64,000 nucleotides of DNA from assembly GCA_963839705.1 (NCBI GenBank), contig CAWIWL010000013.1, forward strand, positions 453,950 through 517,949, written 5' to 3'. The notes beneath the pieces are model-generated. The model was not told where the DNA came from, searched no databases, and saw only the letters and a list, made by a program, of their open reading frames with translations. Shown in pieces: positions 1-10,389 of the stretch (positions within the stretch are counted from its first letter, which is position 1; each line of letters begins with the position of its first letter). Source of the stretch: an uncultured Acidobacteriota bacterium (GTDB taxonomy: Bacteria > Acidobacteriota > Vicinamibacteria > Vicinamibacterales > 2-12-FULL-66-21). The translations under genes and the position numbers were made by a program.

Positions 1-2033
1 CGAAGTTCTTTGCGCCGTAGGCGTTGAACCCAGCGGCATACAGAGCCGTTGCCGTGGCATCGGCCGGGATGACCGGCACGCCTACCTTGGCGGCACGGAT
101 CTTTACGGTTTGCGCCAAGTCGCCGTGGATCGCGTTGACCAGAGCCGAGTACTCGCCGAATCGCGCCGGTTCGAGCGATCGAATGTCGCGGGTGAACTCG
201 CGTTCGATCGTCAGGCGTGTACCGGCGACGACGTACCGCGAGGCGTAGGTTGGCCCGCTGCCCACCGTGACGTTGGTCGGTGCCCGGAGCTCGTAGCCGG
301 CGGGCAGGTCGAGTGATGTGGTGAGGATCATTCGATGGGGCGATCCGAGCTCCAGCGCAACACCGCCGCGACGATCCTCTTCCTTCTCGTAGGGCACACT
401 CAGCGTAGGAAGCGTCCGCATCTCGCTCGTCGCCGCCGCCCAGTTCAAGACGTCGGACTGCCGCATCTTCGCCGTGATCTGGAACGGCTGGCGTGTCGCC
501 GCCGGGTCGCTCGTGGCCTCGTCCGAAAAATCGCCGGTGAGGCCGAAGGTCTTGGCGAGGCCGCTGACGAACTCCTTCAGCGACTCGCGCGGCAGCGCTC
601 TCAGGAGACTCCTCACCAGCAATTCAGCATCGCCCGACAGCGAAAAGGTCACGGTAGCCGTGAGGGCGCCGATCGAGTCGATCGTTCCGCTGACGGTCAC
701 GCGATCGATTGACGGCATCGGTGGATCCACGGGCGTAGTCACGAGACGGGTGCCTCGGCCCCCGCTACCGACCAGGAGGACTCGCTTGCCACGAATCGTG
801 GCCGGCAGCATGCCGACGGGCGCGACCTCCGTCGTCGTATCCATCCACGTCCAGGCGGCGCTGTCGTCTCCACTCGGGACGACGTTGATGACATGGTCGA
901 GTTCGAGCGGCGAGGCCAGGCCGGCGTCGAGGGATCGTTCCGAGTGGAGCAGGACCGGCCGGGACTCGATGCCAACGGCGGCCAACATGTACGCCAGCAG
1001 CGCCGCCTTGTCCTTGCAGTCACCGTAGCCATTCCTGAGCACGTCGCCAGGCGCGTGCGGCGCGAACCGCCCGATACCGAACGAGAGGCTGAGGTATCGA
1101 ATCTCCTTCGCGACGAAGTCGTAGATCGCATCAATCTTCTTCGAGCGCTCGGTGATGCCCTCGGTAAGCGCGAGGGCCTTGGCCTTGACGTCCGCACTGG
1201 CGGGCACGGCCATCAGCCCATCGAACCACTGCGCAACGGCGTCCCAGGACTGGTAGCTCGTCACCCGCACGTCAGCCGGCGAGCCGTCGCCTGTGTAGGG
1301 AGGAGGCTCCTTACCAGGGGACCGGGCGGTGGTGTTCGTTGCGACCCATCGATACAACCGGCGTCCGCCCTCGACGCGCGGCTCGCCTGCTGGCTGGAGT
1401 GCCGCTCCTGGACGGTTTCTGACAATGGGAGTGGACGTCGCTGGTACGTCGACCTCGAGGCGTTCGTCTAGAACGGCGCCGGAGTCGGTTGACGAGGTAC
1501 TCGAACCAGAAATGTCCAGGCGTCACCGGCCTGGTGACCTTCCAGGTCGCTTCAAGTTCGAGCGTATCGCCCGGCCGCAAGGCTGTCACCGCGATCTGCT
1601 TCTGCCGCAGATCGACGAGCGCCGCAGGATCTCCAGGGGGTCGAACCGCCAGATCCTGCACGTCGCCGGTCGCGTTCGCCGTCACGGTCCCGTCGGCTTT
1701 CCGGACCTGGACGCGATCGATCTGCAACTGCTCCGTGTCCGGGGCATACGGGAACGGCAGTCGGCCCCACTCGCGTACCGCCGATTCGGTGAGGACCTTG
1801 ACGCGCACCTTCAGCTGCCGCTCGCCGCTGCCGTCGCTCTGGTACTTCGCGCGAAGGTGTTTCAGCTCGATGACGTATTCCTGCGCGGTGCCGGGCGGAG
1901 CATTCGGTGTGGGCGCGGGAGGCGCGGGGCCCTGCGTCCGGACCGCCTGACTACTGCCGGTCACGAGTGCAAGCGCCATGAGCCAGGGCAGGGCGGGCCG
2001 TGGCCGGGGATCGACGGAAATCGCAGTCGCCAA
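1..2033 (-). CDS. DUF3857 / transglutaminase-like domain protein, 3' end off the window, apparent frameshift near 1487
   Basis: Frame starting at 2033 gives a signal-like N-terminus and '...VTRPVTPGHFWFEYLVN'. The adjacent frame continues without a break as 'DSGAVLDERLEVDVPATSTPIVRNRPG...IYDFVAKEIRYLSLSFGIGRFAPHAPGDVLRNGYGDCKDKAALLAYMLAAVGIES', a transglutaminase-like Cys motif, and stays open to base 1. Confidence 0.8.
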
Positions 2034-2080
2034 GGTCGAGCTAGATTAGCACGCCGCTCCCGCGAGGTATCCTGTCACCC

Positions 2081-3281
2081 GTGGAGACCCTTCAACAGCA
2101 ATCGCGGCGCCTCGAGGCCGTCCAGGCGCCGGTCATCCCCATCGTCGGCCGCTGGACAACCGAAACGCCCGGCACCATCTCGCTCGGGCAGGGCGTCGTC
2201 TCGTACCGAGCCTCCGCGCGAGGCCATCGACGCGGCCCGCAGGTTCGGCGGAACGTTGACCGACCATCGATACGGCCCGGTCGAGGGACTGCCGGCGCTT
2301 GTCGAAGCGATCGAGGTCAAGCTCGCGCGCGAGAACGGTATCGCCGTGAGGCCGAAAAGCCGCGCGCTCGTGACGGCCGGCGGCAACCAGGCGTTCATGA
2401 ACGCCATCCTCGCGATCACGGATCCAGACGACGAGATCGTTCTGCCGGTGCCGTACTACTTCAACCACGAGATGGCGGTGGTGATGGCGGGCGCGAAAGC
2501 CGTCGCGGCGCCGACGGCGAGCGACTACCAGCTCGACCTGCGCGCGATCCAGGACGCGATCACGCCGCGAACGCGGGCAGTCGTCACGGTCTCGCCGAAC
2601 AACCCGACCGGCGCAGTCTATTCCGAGGCCGCGCTGCGGGCGGTGAACGCGCTCTGTCGCGATCGCGGCATCTTCCACATCCACGACGAAGCCTACGAGT
2701 ACTTCACCTACGGCGGTGTGAAGCACTTCTCGCCGGGGAGCCTTCCGGATGCGGCCGGCCATACGATCTCGCTCTTCTCGCTCTCCAAGGCCTACGGCAT
2801 GGCGAGCTGGCGGATCGGCTACATGGTGATTCCGGAACTGCTGCACGACGCCGTCAACAAGATCCAGGACACGATCCTCATCTGCCCGCCCGCCGTCTCG
2901 CAGCACGCCGCGATCGCCGCGCTCGAGGTCGGGCGCGCCTTCGCGGGCGCGCACATTGCGCGGCTCGACAGCACGCGCCGGGCCATCTTCGATGCCTTGA
3001 GCTCTCCGGACGTGCCGTGCGACGTGCCGTCGCCGGATGGCGCTTTCTACTATCTCGTCCGCGTGCACGCGCGCATGGACGCGATGACGCTCTGCGAGCG
3101 CCTGATCCGCGAGCACCGCGTGGCCACGATTCCAGGCTCCGCGTTCGCCGACCCGTCGCCGTGTTCAGTGCGCATCTCCTATGGCGCGCTCGATTCCGAT
3201 TCGGTGATCGAGGGGCTGCGGCGGCTCGTGGGCGGGCTGCAGGCGATCGCGTCGGAGTCCACTGCGACTCGGTCGAGTTGA
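2081..3281 (+). CDS. Pyridoxal-phosphate aminotransferase class I/II, apparent frameshift near 2206
   Basis: GTG start 'VETLQQQSRRLEAVQAPVIPIVGRW...LGQGVVSY', then in the next frame 'EPPREAIDAARRFGG...SLSKAYGMASWRIGYM...' ending at 3281. Contains the PLP lysine motif SLSKAYG. Confidence 0.88.
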
Positions 3282-3320
3282 CCCGTTCTCGGGCCGGTTC
3301 CCGGCACCCATCGTAGCTCC

Positions 3321-3827
3321 ATGACAACTTCTTTTGACATTCGCCGCGCAACGCCAGAGGATGCCTTCCTCCTCGCCACCCAGCGAGTGGCCATGTTTCG
3401 GGACATGGGCCGGACCGGGCCGGAGCTCGAAGAGCATCTCCTGGAGTCCTGTGCGGGCTACTTAGCAAAGGCGTTGGCGAGCGGCGAGTACGTCGGATGG
3501 GTGGCCCAACTCACCGCATCCCCCCACTCGGCTATCGGAGGCGCAGGAGTCCAGTTTCGACCGCTTCTTCCCCGGCCCGATCTCACCGGCCAGTTCCTGC
3601 TGCATGGCCTGGAGGGCTTGATCCTCAACGTTTATGTCGACCGGGCGCACCGTCGCCAGGGTGTCGCACGCCGCTTGATGGACACGCTCATTAGCTGGGC
3701 TCCCGGTGCGGGGATTGTGCGGCTGGTCCTGCACGCGTCGCCCGACGGGCGGCGCCTCTACGAGTCGCTCGGCTTTCTCGCGAGCAATGAAATGTTCTTC
3801 CCGCCGTTCCACACCGATGTTGTGTAA
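3321..3827 (+). CDS. GNAT family N-acetyltransferase
   Basis: 168 aa; 'LNVYVDRAHRRQGVARRLMDTLISWA...LVLHASPDGRRLYESLGF' is the GNAT acetyl-CoA binding signature. Confidence 0.9.
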   Translation: MTTSFDIRRATPEDAFLLATQRVAMFRDMGRTGPELEEHLLESCAGYLAKALASGEYVGWVAQLTASPHSAIGGAGVQFRPLLPRPDLTGQFLLHGLEGLILNVYVDRAHRRQGVARRLMDTLISWAPGAGIVRLVLHASPDGRRLYESLGFLASNEMFFPPFHTDVV

Positions 3828-3831
3828 TGTG

Positions 3832-3854
3832 ACTCGGTCCGGACCGAGTTGCCG
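3832..3854. repeat. Palindromic direct repeat copy 1 (actcggtccggaccgagttgccg)
   Basis: Perfect 18-bp palindrome actcggtccggaccgagt. The 23-bp sequence recurs at 4540-4562 with one mismatch. Confidence 0.85.
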
Positions 3855-4499
3855 ATTCGTCGGATCGCGGGTGCGCTCAAACACCGGGAAGAGGAGCATC
3901 TGCCATTGGTAGAAATCATCCTCTACATAACCACTCGGGACGCTGACGTGCTCCGATGCTGGTTGAATCGCGAATCGTCCATCGCGTGGATTGTTAAGAC
4001 CCGTCAGTCTGGTTGCGAGTACCGCTGGCAAGCCGTCGATACGCTTGATGCGCTCGAACCGTGCGGTTACCACCTGTGGCACAAAGGGGCTGGTCCCCTG
4101 AACATCCCGTCTGGCTCACTCGAGGTTCAGGATGCGATCGTGCCCGATCCGTACGCCGGCTGGACCCAGCGCCTCGACCGGGAGGATGTCACCACACCCT
4201 GGTTCGGCGCCAACTTGCCCGGCCCTTACCTTTTCAGATTTGCGCCGAACGGCCGAGAGCACCCGGAATCGATCGGCCGTTCTGGATTCAGTTGGCTCGG
4301 CGACTACTTCCGGCCCGTGGGCTGCTCGGCGCATCCAGAGGCAAAGCGATGGTGGCTGCGACTCGGCAGATTCGTGCGCTCACGAGCGACCGGCATTCCC
4401 TGGCCATCACCTGATCACGGCGGCCGCTCGCTTGGGTATGCGTTTCCGGATGCCTACGCAGAAATATTGCGAGGGCGCCGGTTTGACATCAATCCTTGA
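3849..4499 (+). CDS. Hypothetical protein, start uncertain and probably downstream of 3849
   Basis: 216-aa ORF with protein-like composition, e.g. 'VEIILYITTRDADVLRCWLNRESSIAWIVKTRQSGCEYRWQAVDTLDALEPCGYHLWHKG'. Family not recognised. Confidence 0.55.
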   Translation: MPIRRIAGALKHREEEHLPLVEIILYITTRDADVLRCWLNRESSIAWIVKTRQSGCEYRWQAVDTLDALEPCGYHLWHKGAGPLNIPSGSLEVQDAIVPDPYAGWTQRLDREDVTTPWFGANLPGPYLFRFAPNGREHPESIGRSGFSWLGDYFRPVGCSAHPEAKRWWLRLGRFVRSRATGIPWPSPDHGGRSLGYAFPDAYAEILRGRRFDINP

Positions 4500-4539
4500 C
4501 TTGGTGGCCTTGGATCGCGTCGGACCAATCGACAGTGCA

Positions 4540-4562
4540 ACTCGGTCTGGACCGAGTTGCCG
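4540..4562. repeat. Palindromic direct repeat copy 2 (actcggtctggaccgagttgccg)
   Basis: 22/23 identity to 3832-3854. Confidence 0.85.
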
Positions 4563-4618
4563 CAACCAGTAAAGTTGCTCGGCGAAGCCAAAACCATGGG
4601 GAACACTCGTCCCTGACT

Positions 4619-7456
4619 TTACTCCTGACGGAGCGCCGTGATCGGGTTGATCCGAATCGCCCGCCGCGCCGGAATCGCGCACGCCACCAGCGCGACGGCG
4701 GTCAGCAGGGCGATCGTCCCGGTGAAGGTCGGTAGATCGGTCGAGGAAACCCCCTGCAGCGAGCTGGCGAGGGCTCGCGCTCCGGCAAGGCCTCCAGCCA
4801 AGCCGATCAGGATCCCGACCCCGACGAGCAGCATGCCGTCGCGGACCACCAGCAGGAAGACGCGATGGCTGTCCGCACCGAGCGCGAGTCGAATGCCCAT
4901 TTCGCGGGTACGGCGTGAGACGGAAAACGATAGCACGCCGTAGATGCCCACCACCGCCAGCACGAGCGCCAGGCCTCCGAACACCGCGAGCAGCCAGGCC
5001 CCCATTCTTGCTGCATACAGCGATGTCCCAATGGTGTCGGCCATCGTTCTGATGTTGGGCACCGGAAGGTTGGGCTCGAGCGACTGGATTTCCCGGCGCA
5101 GGGCGCCGACGAGCGAGGCCGGTGGGACCGACGCGCGGACGTACAGCGTCATGCCGGTTTCATGGTTCTGCGCGAGCGGCAGGTAGGCCACCGGCACCGA
5201 CTCTTCCCTCAGCGCGCCATACTTGCTGTCGCGAACGACGCCGACGATCTCTCGCCAGGGTCCGTCCGGACCATCGACGCTGACCCGGCTGCCGATCGGA
5301 TCGGCGTTCGCGAACTGCATCGCCACGGCGGTCGCGTTGAGGATGACCACCGGCGGTCCGGTTTCCACGTCGGTGTCCCGGAAGTCGCGGCCCTTCACAA
5401 GCGCAATGCCGAGCGTCTGGAAGAACTCCCGTCCGACTACGTTCGCGTTGATGAGCCTCGCGTCGTTGGCGGCCGCTCGCCCGCCCTCGCTCTGCGCGCG
5501 CTCGTGCGTCGAGCCCCGCCCTTCGACGTGGAGGCTGAGCACCCGGGAGCTGCCGCCGAGCACCGCCACCCGGGCGACAGTCGCGGACTCGACGCCCGGG
5601 AGTCCTCTCACCCTCTCGACCGCCTGCCGATAGAACTCACGCCCCTGCGCGCGGGTGTAGCGCAGAAGATTGACGCTGAGCGGCGCCGAGACCAGCTTGT
5701 CGACGTCGACGCCGGGATCGATCGCGCGCGCCGACTGCAGGCCGCGCACGAACAGGCCAGCGGCAATCAGCAGCAGCAGTGACAGCGCGACCTCGCCGAC
5801 CACCAGGATCTTCTTGAGATCGAAGCGCGCCCGGCGCTCGCCGAGCGTGGCGTCCGTGCCCTTGAGCGCAGGCACCAGGCCGGGACGTGACGCCTCCAGT
5901 GCCGGGGCGATGCCGAAGAGGATGCCGGTCGCGCACGAGAGCAGCAGCGAGAACAGCAGCACCCGCCGATCGAGCGCGAAATCGAAGGTGAGCGGAAGCG
6001 CGCCCGCGGGTGGCGGCGCCGCCTGGAACGCGGCGGTGACCGCCCAGGCGATGGCCACGCCGGCGGCACCGCCGAGGAGCGACAACAGCACGCTCTCGGT
6101 CAGGAGCTGGCGCACAAGCCGGCTGCGGCTGGCCCCGAGCGCCAGGCGGACCGCCACTTCCCGGCGCCTGGACGAGGCGCGCGACAGCAGCAGGTTCGCG
6201 ATGTTGGCGCAGGCAATCAGCAGCACTGCACCCACCACGCCACCGAGCAGCAGCGCCGCCGATCGCAGCGGCCGACGCTGATTGTCGGTCCCTTCTTCCA
6301 GGCCCACCACCGAGATGGGCTGTAACGGCGCGGAAGGCGTGGCCCTGGCAGGGGCCGCCCCAGCGGGTAGCCGCGTGCGGACGAACTCCGACGCCACGCT
6401 CTCCAGCTCGGCGCGCGCCGGCCCAATCTGCGCGCTGGGCTTCAACCGGCCGACCGCGCTGATCCAGCTGTTGGTCAGGTGATTCAGCAGGTCGGGATTC
6501 TGATCGCCCGAGTACCTGGCGCGCGGCGGCCGCATGATCGCCTGCATCATCATCGGCACGTAGAGACTGCGCACGCCTCCGAGCACCGGGCCGCCGAACC
6601 CCGCCGGCGCCACGCCGACGACGGTGAAGACGTGGCCGTTCAACCGCACCTCCCGCCCGACGGCGTCGGCCTCGCCGGCGAATCGCGTCTGCCAGAAGTC
6701 GTGGCTGATCACGGCCACCGGATGCGCGCCCGGCGTCACATCGTCGGCAGGCGACAGCAGCCGTCCGCGCTCGGCGGGGCCGACTTGAAGGACGTCGAAG
6801 AAGTTGCCGGTGACGATCAGGCCGTTCACAAGTTCGGCCGAGTCCCCGGCGTTGAGGCTCGCGCTGATGCCGCCCCAGCCGGCCAGTCCCACGAAATGCT
6901 GCGTGTGGTCGCGCAGCGTGGCGTACATCGGATACGAGAAGACGCCGCCGTTGCCGCGGGAGACATAGGCGAGGCTGGCGGGATCGCTCACCCCCAGGCG
7001 CTGGAACAGCGTCGCGTTGACGAGACTGAAAACTGCGGTGTTGGCGCCGATGCCGAGGGCCAGCGTCAGGACGACGGCGATGGTGAAGCCGGGCTGGCGG
7101 CGCAGCATCCGGGCGGCGTAGCGGAGATCCTGGAGCGTGTCGGCGGCCAGGCCGCGACGCGGGGAACCCTCGGCAATCGGCGGCGGCACATGCGCCTGCC
7201 GCAGCGCGCGCATGTAGCGGCCGAGCGTGTCGTCGTCGCGCAGTTCCTCCAGGGCGAGCTGGCGGGCGTCGTGGTCGGCGATGCCGTCGGCGCGGAGCGC
7301 GTCGTAGCGATCGTCGAGGTGTTGCGACAGTTCGACGATGATTTCCCGCTCGCGGGCGGCGGTCAGCGCCAGCGGCGCGAGGCGCGGGCGCAGGTGTGTC
7401 GACCAGTCCCGCGACGCGGGCCGCGGTGGTTTCGAATCCCTCGTTGGATCAGGCAT
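4619..7456 (-). CDS. ABC transporter permease, MacB/FtsX type (ADOP-like)
   Basis: Long ORF. N-terminal 'LTAAREREIIVELSQHLDDRYDALRADG', then '[42 protein letters not shown]'; C-terminal 'EMGIRLALGADSHRVFLLVVRDGMLLV...PARRAIRINPITALRQE'. Start placed at the ATG overlapping the PadR stop. Confidence 0.93.
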   Translation of the reverse strand: MPDPTRDSKPPRPASRDWSTHLRPRLAPLALTAAREREIIVELSQHLDDRYDALRADGIADHDARQLALEELRDDDTLGRYMRALRQAHVPPPIAEGSPRRGLAADTLQDLRYAARMLRRQPGFTIAVVLTLALGIGANTAVFSLVNATLFQRLGVSDPASLAYVSRGNGGVFSYPMYATLRDHTQHFVGLAGWGGISASLNAGDSAELVNGLIVTGNFFDVLQVGPAERGRLLSPADDVTPGAHPVAVISHDFWQTRFAGEADAVGREVRLNGHVFTVVGVAPAGFGGPVLGGVRSLYVPMMMQAIMRPPRARYSGDQNPDLLNHLTNSWISAVGRLKPSAQIGPARAELESVASEFVRTRLPAGAAPARATPSAPLQPISVVGLEEGTDNQRRPLRSAALLLGGVVGAVLLIACANIANLLLSRASSRRREVAVRLALGASRSRLVRQLLTESVLLSLLGGAAGVAIAWAVTAAFQAAPPPAGALPLTFDFALDRRVLLFSLLLSCATGILFGIAPALEASRPGLVPALKGTDATLGERRARFDLKKILVVGEVALSLLLLIAAGLFVRGLQSARAIDPGVDVDKLVSAPLSVNLLRYTRAQGREFYRQAVERVRGLPGVESATVARVAVLGGSSRVLSLHVEGRGSTHERAQSEGGRAAANDARLINANVVGREFFQTLGIALVKGRDFRDTDVETGPPVVILNATAVAMQFANADPIGSRVSVDGPDGPWREIVGVVRDSKYGALREESVPVAYLPLAQNHETGMTLYVRASVPPASLVGALRREIQSLEPNLPVPNIRTMADTIGTSLYAARMGAWLLAVFGGLALVLAVVGIYGVLSFSVSRRTREMGIRLALGADSHRVFLLVVRDGMLLVGVGILIGLAGGLAGARALASSLQGVSSTDLPTFTGTIALLTAVALVACAIPARRAIRINPITALRQE

Positions 7457-7823
7457 TGTCGACTCCAGTGATGAGGCGCATCGCGGTGACAAACGATCGC
7501 CAGGTGTTCCGCTGGCTCGCCAGCACCCGGCGGCCCTCGGCGGTGAGCCGGTAGTACCGCCGCCGCCGCTGGCCAACCTTCTCCACCCACCGCCCCTGCA
7601 GCCAGCCGCGCTCTTCGAGCCGGTAGAGCAGGGGGTACAACGATGCGATGTGAAACTTCAGCTGCCCGGCGGACCGTTGCTCGATCTGCTGGCTGATCTC
7701 GTAGCCATGGCGGGCGCGAGTCTCGACAATCGACAGGATGATCAGTTCCGCGGATCCCTTCTTCAGCTCCCGGTCGAGCATCCGGCGATCGATAGATGTC
7801 ATAGCCACATATGCTACAGCCAA
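7449..7823 (-). CDS. PadR family transcriptional regulator
   Basis: 'LDRELKKGSAELIILSIVETRARHGYEISQQIEQRSAGQLKFHIASLYPLLYRLEERGWLQGRW...RRRYYRLTAEGRRVL'. The end overlaps the permease start (ATGCCTGA). Confidence 0.93.
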   Translation of the reverse strand: MAVAYVAMTSIDRRMLDRELKKGSAELIILSIVETRARHGYEISQQIEQRSAGQLKFHIASLYPLLYRLEERGWLQGRWVEKVGQRRRRYYRLTAEGRRVLASQRNTWRSFVTAMRLITGVDNA

Positions 7824-8089
7824 TACGAGCGAACGCCAGAAAAGATTTGAAGGCGGCTCGGCGGCGACCAGTTTCCGGCGAACCGGCCGAAGCGGACGCG
7901 GTACGTCTGGACTTCAACGGCGCAGTTGCTGGAGACTGTCGTCGACGGCGGTGCATACCTGGCCGCCTGGTGGGGGATTCCGTGCGCCGACGCCGCGTGG
8001 CCGAAGGTCGACGCCTTTCGGATCACGGGCGAATGGGTTCGTCCTGCGCAGCTGGGATCTCAAGAGCCATTGAGCTAAGTTAGGCCACG

Positions 8090-10255
8090 ATGAGCAGTCG
8101 CCCAAGTGTTCGACAATCCTTACCTGCCTGCGCCCTCACGCTGTCTCTCCACGCGGCCTTGCCGCCGTCTCTCGCCGCGCAGACCACGGATCGTGATCTC
8201 GAGGCCATCGCGTCGTGGGTCGCGGTCGACGCTGCCACCGGTTACGAGCGGCGGGTCGCGCCGGCACTAGCGTTGGCCCTCGGCGGTTGGAGTGCTGACG
8301 CGTACGGCAACGTCGTCACGACCGTCGGCACCGGCTCGCCGCACCGCATCGTCGCATGTGCGCTGGATCGTCCGAGCTATGCCGTGTCGCAGGTCAGGGA
8401 CGATGGTTACCTGCGGCTGCATCGGATTGGCAGCGGCTCCCGGCACCCGTTGTGGGACCAGCAATTTGAGGCACAGCAGGTGCGCGTGCTGACGACCGCC
8501 GGGCCCGTCGCCGGCGTCATCGCCAGGACGAACGGGCACTTCGCACAGCAGCACGCAAACGAGACCTCTGTCGCAACCGCTGACGATCTCTGGCTGGACG
8601 TGGGCGCCGAGTCGCGCGCCGACGTCGAGGCGCTCGGCATCGCGTTGCTGGATCCTGTCTCGCGTCAGCTTCCACCGTGGCCGATCGCAGGCGGTGTGGC
8701 GGGCCCGGACGTCGGGCGACGAGGTGGGTGCGCGGCGGTCGTCGCGGCCGCTGCGGCCGCACGACGAGACGGCATCCAAGGTCGTACGACATTCGTTCTG
8801 AGTGCGCAGGAAGTCACGGGATGGGTCGGTCTCTCCTCGTTCGTGGCTCGAGGCGAGCGCGCCGACCAGATGACGGTGCTGGCGCCCGGAGCAGACTCGC
8901 GGGCCGACACCGAACGATCGGCGAAAGAGCTCGGCCGCTTCGGTACTGTGCTCGAAGCCTCCGGCCTGAAGGCTGTGCGATGGCTGGTGCCATCGGTCAC
9001 GCAAACGGGCTCGCACCTGGAGATCTTGCGCGCGGCTGAGGCGGAGTGGCTGCTCGGTGCCGCCGCGACGTCGGCCGGTCTGGCCAACGCCCCGAGTCAG
9101 GGCTGGGTCGCGGCGCCACCTCCGGCCCCGCTGAGGATCAATCGTGCGGACGCCGCGTTCACCGAGGTGGCATCGGTCCTGTCCGATTTCGTCGAGCGCC
9201 ACGGGGTATCGGGGCACGAGTGGTCCGTCCGCCGTGCTGTGCTGGCGGCGCTGCCGTCCTGGGCGCGGGAGCGCGCGGTCGTAGACGACATCGGTAACAT
9301 CACCGTGGAGGCGGGACCACAGGGCGACGCGACGGTCTTCATGGCACACATGGACGAGGTCGGCTACGTGATCGAGTCGATCGCTCCCGACGGCACGCTC
9401 TCACTCGCGGGGCAGGGGGGCGCCGTGGCATCCGCGTGGGAAGGCCAGACGGCGCTCGTCCATTTCGATCCGCAGGGGGCGCCCAGCACGGTCACAGGAT
9501 TGGGCGACAACATCGACGCGCGCTGGAAGACCCATTCACTCGCTGCGACGGCGCCGCCGCCGCTCCGTGGCGTCTTCCGGATTCGATCCGCGGCACCGCG
9601 CAAGAATCCCGGTCCTCTGCAAGCGTGGTTTGGTCTGGACGCGCAAGGCCTGGCGGCGCGCGGCGTCGTGGTGGGCATGCAGGTGACGAGTCACAAGGCG
9701 GGACAGCGGCTCGGGCGGACGCGGTTCGCGGCCCGATCCCTTGACGACCGCGCCGGGACGACGGCGCTCGTGCGCGCGATCAACCAGATCAACCCCGACC
9801 GGCTGCCTGGCAGAGTGATCTTCGCCTGGTCGGTTCATGAGGAAGGCGGCCTGCGCGGCGCCACGGCGATGGCCCGCCGCTTCGGCCGGACCACGAGGCG
9901 GATCTACTCGCTCGACACGTTTGTCTCCTCCGACACGCCGCTCGAGTCGCCGCATTTCGCGTATGCGCCGCTCGGGAAAGGTCCCGTGTTCCGCGCGATC
10001 GAGAGCGCGAACGTGTCGCCCGACGAGGAACGGGAACGCGTGCGCCGGGCGGCCGCCGCCGCGGGCATTCCGCTGCAGATGGGATTGACGCAGGGCGGTA
10101 CCGACGGCTCTGTCTTCACCTTCTGGGGCGCGCCGAACCAGGGGCTGTCCTGGCCAGGCCGCTACAGTCACTCGCCCGGTGAGGTGCTCGACCTGCGGGA
10201 TCTCGATATGCTCACGCGACTCGTCGTGGCTGTCGCGTCATCGCGAGAGCGGTAG
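8090..10255 (+). CDS. M42-like metallopeptidase with two tandem peptidase-like halves and a signal peptide
   Basis: 721 aa. C-half has 'AHMDEVGYVI', 'SLDDRAGTTALVRAINQ', 'VHEEGGLRGA' and 'TQGGTDGSVF'. The N-half is similarly ordered ('GYERRVAPALALALGGWSADAYGNVVTTVG', 'SAQEVTGWVG'). Confidence 0.85.
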   Translation: MSSRPSVRQSLPACALTLSLHAALPPSLAAQTTDRDLEAIASWVAVDAATGYERRVAPALALALGGWSADAYGNVVTTVGTGSPHRIVACALDRPSYAVSQVRDDGYLRLHRIGSGSRHPLWDQQFEAQQVRVLTTAGPVAGVIARTNGHFAQQHANETSVATADDLWLDVGAESRADVEALGIALLDPVSRQLPPWPIAGGVAGPDVGRRGGCAAVVAAAAAARRDGIQGRTTFVLSAQEVTGWVGLSSFVARGERADQMTVLAPGADSRADTERSAKELGRFGTVLEASGLKAVRWLVPSVTQTGSHLEILRAAEAEWLLGAAATSAGLANAPSQGWVAAPPPAPLRINRADAAFTEVASVLSDFVERHGVSGHEWSVRRAVLAALPSWARERAVVDDIGNITVEAGPQGDATVFMAHMDEVGYVIESIAPDGTLSLAGQGGAVASAWEGQTALVHFDPQGAPSTVTGLGDNIDARWKTHSLAATAPPPLRGVFRIRSAAPRKNPGPLQAWFGLDAQGLAARGVVVGMQVTSHKAGQRLGRTRFAARSLDDRAGTTALVRAINQINPDRLPGRVIFAWSVHEEGGLRGATAMARRFGRTTRRIYSLDTFVSSDTPLESPHFAYAPLGKGPVFRAIESANVSPDEERERVRRAAAAAGIPLQMGLTQGGTDGSVFTFWGAPNQGLSWPGRYSHSPGEVLDLRDLDMLTRLVVAVASSRER

Positions 10256-10389
10256 CGGTTGGCTGGCCGCCATCAACAAGATTGCATTAGAGCGTCGCCG
10301 CTGCGATGATGTGTGGCCGCTGGTGAACACTGGCTGTTGGCCAGACAGAGACTCAAACGCGTGCTCCCGACTCCACGTGTGACTCCGCC

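Noticed and set aside
1329-2200. N-terminal half of the 650-aa plus ORF 1329-3281
   Set aside because: Only the part after ~2206 encodes the aminotransferase; the upstream portion is antisense to the DUF3857 gene and is open only because of GC bias.
3832-4562. Integron attC cassette
   Set aside because: The 23-bp palindromes are too short, lack the usual bipartite core-site organisation, and no integron integrase is nearby. Kept only as a cassette-like observation.
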